This document shows positions 56,701 through 64,000 of a stretch of DNA of 64,000 nucleotides, in pieces (within the stretch, counting starts at the first letter, position 1; each line of letters begins with the position of its first letter). Origin of the DNA: Antedon mediterranea (Eukaryota > Animalia > Echinodermata). The notes beneath the pieces were generated by a model that saw nothing but the letters and a program-made list of their open reading frames with translations, made no database searches and was not told the DNA's origin. Made by a program: the position numbers and the translations under genes. Where the stretch lies: positions 6,540,201-6,604,200 of the forward strand of contig NC_092679.1 of NCBI RefSeq assembly GCF_964355755.1, read 5' to 3'.

Positions 56701-59700
56701 ACAGATTAATAGGTCAGTTTGTACCATAATATTCTTCCATTTCTGAACCAACAAATCTTTTTTAAGTTGTTCGGGTCACTTACCTTCACAAGAATCCCGT
56801 TAATATGTTCACTTTTGGTATTTGAATGTTATTAAAAATTATTCAAGCCTACATTGCTCAAAATATTTTACGTGCTTTCTCTTTTAAAAAACTTTTTAAA
56901 ATAAATATTTATTGACCATTTATTTGCATCAGTTTTCAAATTCCAGTATTTGTTAAAAACATATTGTCCCCCTTTTTAATGTTACATAATAGGTATCCAT
57001 TTTGACCAAAAACTGGATCGAAAAAAATATTTTCCAGACAAAATGTAATTTAAAGCAAAAAAATACCTAAATTGTCATTGTCCGACAATTGTTTTTGGTT
57101 GAAATTAACCGTTTCTTTTTATAAGTGAAATAATTATTTTTGTTGATTTTTTTTCTACAGAATTGAATAAATTGATTAAAACAGCAAATATAGTCTATTC
57201 AAAGTCTGATTTTTTCACCTTTATTTTTCATGTTTTTGGGGAACAAAAAACGCAATTATTATGTAATCTTTTATCTCATGCTTTATATCATTTTAACTCA
57301 TAATAATTGTAGCCCACTCTGTAGTCTTTTGAATCTTAAATGAATGAGTGAGTGAAAATGGACAGAAGTGTATTTGTTTTAATTAAAGAATCCATCATAT
57401 TATATCTTTGTCTATACAGATAACACTGATCCATCAGTTGAAGGCTGTCCACACGATTTGACTAGATCAACGAACGCTGGTGTTAACTATACGGCCGTAC
57501 GGTGGGAATTACCGGTGTTTAGGGATAGCTCTGAAATCGTATCTATAACAAGGACCCACAACTCGTCGGACATATTCTATATCGGTTCTACTGACATTAT
57601 CTACAAGGCTACTGATGCCTTCCAGAACAGTGCAACGTGCAAGTTTACCGTAACAATTGAAGGTAGAAAATAACATGTTAACAAATCAAATAAAGTGGAA
57701 TGCAGACTCTCCGATAAATAACCAACGAAATTAGCTAAGAAACAAATAATTTATGGACGGCAGTCTTTGCCCCTACGTCTGATGACATGAACCTAATACA
57801 CATTAGAGTTCGATTACACTAACTTCAATAACACTGTACTTTTTTATGACACTAGTTGTTGATGACATTATAACTGTTGATGACATTATAGCTGTTGATG
57901 ACATAATGGCTGTTGATGACACTAGCTGTTGATGAAACTAGCTGTTGATGACACTAGCTGTTGATGACACTAGCTTTCAATGACACTAGCTTTTGATGAC
58001 ACTAGCTTTCGATGACACTAGCTTTCGATGACATTGTAGCTGTTGATGACACTAGCTTTCGATGAAACTAGCTTTCAATGACACTAGCTTTCGATGACAC
58101 TAGTTCGATGACACTAGCTTTCGATGACACTAGCTTTCGATGACACTAGCTTTCGATGACACTAGCTTTCGATGAAACTAGCTTTCGATGACGCTAGCTT
58201 TCGATGACACTAGCTGTTGATGACACTAGCTTTCGATGACGCTAGCTGTTGATGACACTAGCTGTTGATGACACTAGCTTTCGATGACGCTAGCTTTCGA
58301 TAACACTAGCTTTTGATGACACTAGCTGTTGATGACACTATCTTTCGATGACACTAGGTTTTGTTAAACCTAAAAGTGCATTAATGTGTTTCTGCAAAAA
58401 GTTCTAAGTAGATCTTATCACTCATTCTTGCTATACCATGCGTGAACGCAACCATTTTTATACAGGCCTATTCTTTTCGTTTTTATCACTTTATCTTTGA
58501 TCTTTTTAACTCAATGCGCCGTGTTCCATTGTTGTTCTTAGGATAGCACAAACAGAATTATGATCTTGTTTTTTTACAGACACGGAAAACCCAGTTTTGT
58601 TCAATTGTCCCGAATCTATAAAATATGTGATTCCTGATCAAAACACGATGGAAGAAACTGACCAAATCACATGGGATCCGCCATCTTGTACAGACAATTC
58701 TTATACATATGACCTGACATCTACTAAAGAGCCAGGCTCGGTATTTACCAAAGGTGTTACCACAGTGACATATACATGTAGAGATGATGTTAATAATATC
58801 GGCACTTGTGAATTTACCGTGCTTGTGAAAACTATAGATGGTAAGTTGTGACGAAACAATTTTCGCTTTCCAAAGTTACGCTCTTTCAGTACCTTCTTCT
58901 CCTTCAATCTTAATTTTTCTGATTGCCTCCAATGCAATCGACAGATTGAGTATGCCTATTCGTATTATAGTTTGTAATAGCTAATAATTGTGGTGATCCG
59001 ATATAATTGAGAAAACTCGAATTTTTTACTGAAATTATTTTTTAGAACTTGCTCGGATAGACGTCCAAATAGAGTTAGCAAACGTAGCATTTTCCGATGC
59101 GTTATTGGACCGGCAGTCGGAGCAATTCAAAGCATTAGAGACCGACTTAATATACTTAGTAAGTATGTCTGTTTGTCCATGTTTTCATATTAGGCGAATA
59201 TACATCGAGCGTTTTGTGAATTATATTTAGAACGTGTTGTTGTTATGAACTATAAGATTCAGGGCAGAGACCACTTTCTATATTTAAGCCCGGTTTGTTC
59301 ACCATTATGATAAATAGTTACAGTTATACTGTCGGCCTAGTTTTTAAAAATACTGTTATTTCGTCTTCCAGATTTTAATTGCACTTCTTCTTCTTCTCCA
59401 CTTTTTATTATTAATATCTGGTTTTGCATGTTTGTTATTTTTATTTCTCTTTATCCACATAGATTACATGTCGTGGCTAGATGGAGCCAAATGTAATTTT
59501 TACACAGTATTCTGTATTGTTACGTGATATGTCTTTTGCCAAATAAAATGAAGCAGAGTTTTTTCACACCTAATATTCAGTAACTAACAATGAGTACCCC
59601 TTTCTCTTGATACTTGACATCACCTTTCATTTTATTTATGTAAACGATGAGTCAATTTACTTTAACAAAACTTCCAACTTTTGTTTGAAGAAGAAGTACT

Positions 59701-62700
59701 TGGAAACTACTCTTGTTTGTGTACTCCATTTTATAAACTTAGAAAAACATCAGCTAAGTAAACTGCAAATAACGTTCTGTTTAAGCGAGCTATTCGTTCC
59801 AATGAATACCAGTCACGGTGACTTAGGCCTATTATAACAAAACATCATGCCTGTCCACACACAACAATAACATCGGTAAAGCCACAATAATCAAACTATT
59901 ACCCTGTCTTTATGGTGGTCCTTTTTTATAGGAAAGTGTATTATCGAAGTTTACTAAAAGCAAACCTAGTTTTAACCTTTGTATTTATTATTGTCATTTG
60001 TAATTTACAAAGAAAATAAAAGACGTTGTCATTGTCAGCAAAATTACCAATTTGATGAGTTCCATTTGACCGAAACATGAGATTTATATTTATATACGTT
60101 CAATTTAAATTCTTATACAGTTCAATTTTCACATAAAATGCCTTTTTTGTATTAGATTAATGGCCTGTACGTAGATGAAGACAATTTTGAAGACAGTGTC
60201 GTTAATGATTTTAGGTATCGTAATGTTCAGATTTTACTTTTAGTGCTTTCCAATAACTAGACCTACTAAAATAAATGTTCTAATTCTAAGCATGTTGCCT
60301 AGGATTGTAACTATATGGTGACAATGAATTTACATACAATACTCATTTATTATTATTTATTTGTTATACTGGGTAGCCTCTTCAACCAAAGACCAGAGGG
60401 CCCAGTGTGAACTAGTACACCTGGGTAACCCCCTACTCGTCTCAAAAGATGTACTCGGTTCTTTAAAGTGCACATGAACCAGATGTGTACACTGGACCTA
60501 CGGTTTATAGTCCTTATCCAAGAAGACTCGTTCTACCACCAGAACCAGGGAACAAGGGATCTTCGAACACTTGCAGATGTTATGTACTTATTCTTCTACA
60601 TAAGCAAAGTCTTAACTTTTCAGAAAAGAAAACTTGTTTCAAACCCATTTCATTAAGTCCCGTCATTTAAAAATCACATTTCCACCTTACAGTTCTGGAA
60701 GTGTGATAGCAGACGTCACCTTGTTATATTTTAACGAGATAGACGAAGACCAACGGCGATATTATTTGGACATACTATTGACTCAAACAACAAACGGACA
60801 GTTAGGTGGTTTCAAGATTGGGAACATTTCAGTTGAAGATAATGGTAAGTTGCACCAGATAAAGTTAGAATTTGTATTGTAATTTTTACGTTTCATGAAA
60901 GTGGAATTGAATGAGAATCTAAATGAGCCATTTTTATTAACTTGGTTTGGTTTCTATTATCGGTGAATTTTTTAACCAATAAAGTGCGCATGATCAGTCA
61001 TTACCAAACCACCAGACTTCCAATCACATTGCAACAATTTGTCCATCAGGTCAAATGTTAAAATGATCGCATTTATCCGTTTATTATCGGTTAATTTTTC
61101 TCGAGTGGAATCGGTTAATCCCAGTTCCCACAGGCAGTTTATCGGTTTTAATTTTTGGTTGCGGAAACACGGCCTAAGTTACCGGTTTGACGCAACGCAA
61201 CCTTGGTTCCCATGAAGTGGACACATGACAAGAACGTAAGCGCAATGCCAGTTATTTGACCAATCGAGACTTGATAGATTGTCCGAACTTTCACTCTTGT
61301 TGGTCAACTAACTTACGTTGTTGCGTCTGAGTATTAGTTTTTTCATTGAGTTCGTATTAGATTAGAAGTGCAATGTTATGATTAAAAGAAGTGAATAAAA
61401 GTTTGTATAAATTGAATTAAATTGAAATTGTGTAAAGGAATTATTATTATTAGGTCTTCTAGTTGTATTACTTATTACTTCTTTCCAGAGTTTGTACCAT
61501 TAATATTGTGTCGAGTCTGTAATTGAACTAACCAAAGTCCGTTTAATATCCAATCTCTATGCTTGAATCAAAATAACAAACACGACAAACATCGTTAAAA
61601 TTCAAATGGAGGCCGTAAAATTTGAATGGTCGATCAAAGGGGGTTTACTATTTTGTTATTAAACGTTTAGTTTATCCCAATTAATCTGAGTAAAACTCAT
61701 CCTTTGGGGACACCTCTATTCAGGGGACACTGAAATGAACGAGGGAAATTATATGTTTCATCATTTCCGCCAACTGATTTTCAAGGGGTACTTTTGTACT
61801 TAATAGGGATTCTACCCCCCGTTCTACTGTATTAAAAAAACAAGTTGTTTGTTTGCAGGGGAATACGTTTTGGTGGATGCCTGCTACACCCTACCATGTC
61901 CAGAAGACATAGTGTGTCAGGCTGCTGGCTTACTTTGCACTGCACAATGTGATAACAACCCGGAATACTGCCTCAACGATGCAACCTGCGTCTCATCGGG
62001 TAATTTAATAGAGTGCAGGTATGCTTATTCAAACAGTACACCCAAATAAAGACCACCTTTAAGAGATATTTGCACTGGTGACAATTAGTAAAGTGCTAAG
62101 GCTTATAAGTGAGAAACAAAGTTCTTTACTTCTCGCAAAACCTTCACATTGAACCGCATTTAATTTTAGGTCTCACTAGCACGCAACGCAAGGACTTAAG
62201 TGCACCGCAAATAATTTGACCAATCACGAAGTGATGGATCGTTCTAATTGTCGCTTGTGATTGGTCAATTGACTTGCGTTGTGTCTGCGTTTTATCGACC
62301 CATGACTGGCACCAAGTATGCCTACTGTACGGTATGATCTAGCTACAATGATGTTTTTTTGTTTGTCTTTATAGTTGTACAAGTTCTGATTACTATGGCA
62401 TTAGATGTCAAATTGTTGATAAATGGAGTCGTAAGTATAATTATGACCCTTCCTTAAATAATTTGTGTTCATTCGTTGTAGTAGTTATCCCTTTACAAAA
62501 ATACATCAATAGACATAGATACACTTTACGGTCACATAATAAATATAAAATGTTAAGCTCTGTCAAATTTTATGTGATAAAAATGTGATGTTCCCATATA
62601 TGAATATGATGATGTCATCACTACCATATTTGGGCATATCACACATTTCTTGTCAAACTATAGTTTGATAGTGTAGACAGAACTTTAGACTCTGCTTGGC

Positions 62701-63852
62701 TTAATAGAATAGTATTCAATTTTCCTTCTTTTTGCAACTTTGTTTATTTTCTCTCAAAGATGCCGAAATAGCTGCCTTGACATTTGGATGTTTTTGGGCA
62801 GCGTTGCTGCTTGTCGTGCTAGTGTTGTTAATAATAAATAAATGTAACGAATATATACAGCAGCCAAAAAGGTAATTATTTCAATGAATTGCTTTCATTT
62901 AATAGACCACTTAATACCACATTATTATAAAGTATACTTGTAGGCCTAAGAACACTAAAAAAATAATATAAAAAATAATTCGTTTGAACGAATTGAATAA
63001 GCTATTTCGCCTAAAAAATGGGTTGTTACCTGTAATTCGTTGGAACGGGATTTTATATATATGTTAAATCGTTAAAACAAATTTTAGTTCCGTTTAAATT
63101 GACACCATTTTGACACTATTTTCGTTGAATTTGGTAATTCGTTTGAACGAATTTTAGTCCGTAATTACCTGCAGTGTCTATAAATAGGCTGGCCCGCCAC
63201 AAGATTTCTATCTTCGTGGGCACTGCCTACTTCCTTTTATTGATAACTGTTTACTTTTTAATCATCAATTTTTTCATTCATGACTAGTTATATATTTTAC
63301 TTGAATATAATATGTTTACCTAATTTTATTGAAGGAAGAAATAAATGTTAAGTTGAATCGAATTGAAAAATTCATTAGAACGAATTAATAACATCGTTTG
63401 TCCTAACTATAATATAATTTTACACTTATGTCAGGCACAGTTCGACTGATAGTGTAGTGGTTGAGAAATCCAATTACGAGAATAAGGCTTACGTCATAGA
63501 CCCATCTGCAGAAATACCAGATTCCATGGCAGTATTCGACATAGATGAAGATGATATCGATATAGGAGGGGAAGATAAAAACAATAGCGAAGATTTAGAC
63601 GAAGAGAAAAATACATACCATTACACTGGATCAGTAGACGACGAAAACAAAGATGAGGAGATTAGTATAATATTAGGCTCTACTGAAAAAGTCCCGTCGT
63701 TTTCAGGCTCGCTAGCCCATTCGTCATTGGGCTCGACTAATCGGATCCATTCGGCATCGGGTTCGACCAATCGGATTCACTCGGTGTCTGGGTCCAGTTT
63801 GCACCAGTCTCTATCAGGAGCTAGTACAAGCCGTGCGCCGTTGATCGCATAA
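50703..63852 (+). CDS. Type I membrane protein: signal peptide, HYR-HYR-PAN/apple-HYR-HYR-SEA-EGF-like-TM, acidic/Ser-rich tail
   Basis: Exons approx 50703-50757, 51122-51379, 55551-55793, 56470-56712, 57420-57662, 58580-58840, 59047-59158, 60156-60214, 60693-60844, 61859-62018, 62374-62431, 62760-62871, 63436-63852. HYR motif (CP..V.W.EP.ATDNSG..G..F..G.T.V.Y.A.D..GN...C.F.V); PAN (C...C.....F.C.SVDY......C.LS); SEA GSVIAD; EGF YCLNDATC; TM IAALTFGCFWAALLLVVLVLLII. Confidence 0.85.
51998..52104. repeat. ~45-bp-arm hairpin, probable collapsed Penelope inverted pLTR
   Basis: AACCAGTTGTCAAGTACTTAC / GTAAGTACTTGACAACTGGTT; the loop reads CCGAAACGTA on the minus strand. Confidence 0.6.
53030..55347 (+). 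mobile_element. 5'-truncated L2/CR1-group LINE with near-intact ORF2 (53048-55207), in an intron of the HYR gene
   Basis: SDH end of the APE domain, NYRPIANL, QSAYRRFHSTETAL, LLDYSAAFDT, GVPQGS, YADDTQLY, LHWLPV..RI.FK, GDRAF..AAP.LWN.LP, frameshifted FKTKLKTHLF; 3' stem-loop and (TTA)n tail. Confidence 0.95.
57845..58360. repeat. Minisatellite of ~16-bp unit GATGACACTAGCT(TTC/GTT), about 30 copies
   Basis: Directly visible tandem array with no spacers. Confidence 0.95.
60345..60548 (-). mobile_element. Nin/Deu-domain SINE fragment
   Basis: Minus strand reads GGATAAGGACTATAAACCGTAGGTCC..GCACTTTAAAGAACC..GACGAGTAGGGG..CCCAGGTGT and ends in an (AAT)n tail. Confidence 0.7.
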
Positions 63853-64000
63853 CACAAATGTTCTTTTTGTTATTTTTAATTTAATCGAATTCTAAGTATT
63901 ATTAGCATCGTTCAGTTTGCCAAATGACGATTTTTATTTAAAGAGTGCATTATGGTAAACATAGAACGAATATTATTTCGCCGTCTTTTTACGATTTTAC

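Noticed and set aside
57845-58360. CRISPR-like regular repeat
   Set aside because: Head-to-tail 16-bp units with no unique spacers, no cas genes, eukaryotic intron.

Overview
AT-rich, intron-rich animal genomic DNA, probably an invertebrate deuterostome such as an echinoderm (inferred from a HYR-repeat gene and vertebrate-like orthologues). Spliced genes in order: 3' half of an otoferlin-like ferlin (+), LYSET/TMEM251 (-), a stathmin-domain/CCDC198-like gene (-), ITPK1 (+), a divergent profilin (-), PPP1R36 (+), MAP10 (+) and a HYR/PAN/SEA/EGF single-pass membrane protein (+). There are two tRNA genes (Val-TAC, Glu-TTC). Mobile DNA is dense: a Penelope-like retroelement with inverted pLTRs carrying hammerhead motifs, a nearly intact L2-type LINE, a 3.1-kb Kolobok (KolX/P2X7-ballast) element whose two arms carry paralogous first exons, 5S- and tRNA-derived SINEs, a Helentron-type HINE and many MITEs. 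All calls come from reading the sequence and recalled family motifs; no database search was run, and exon edges are hand-derived.
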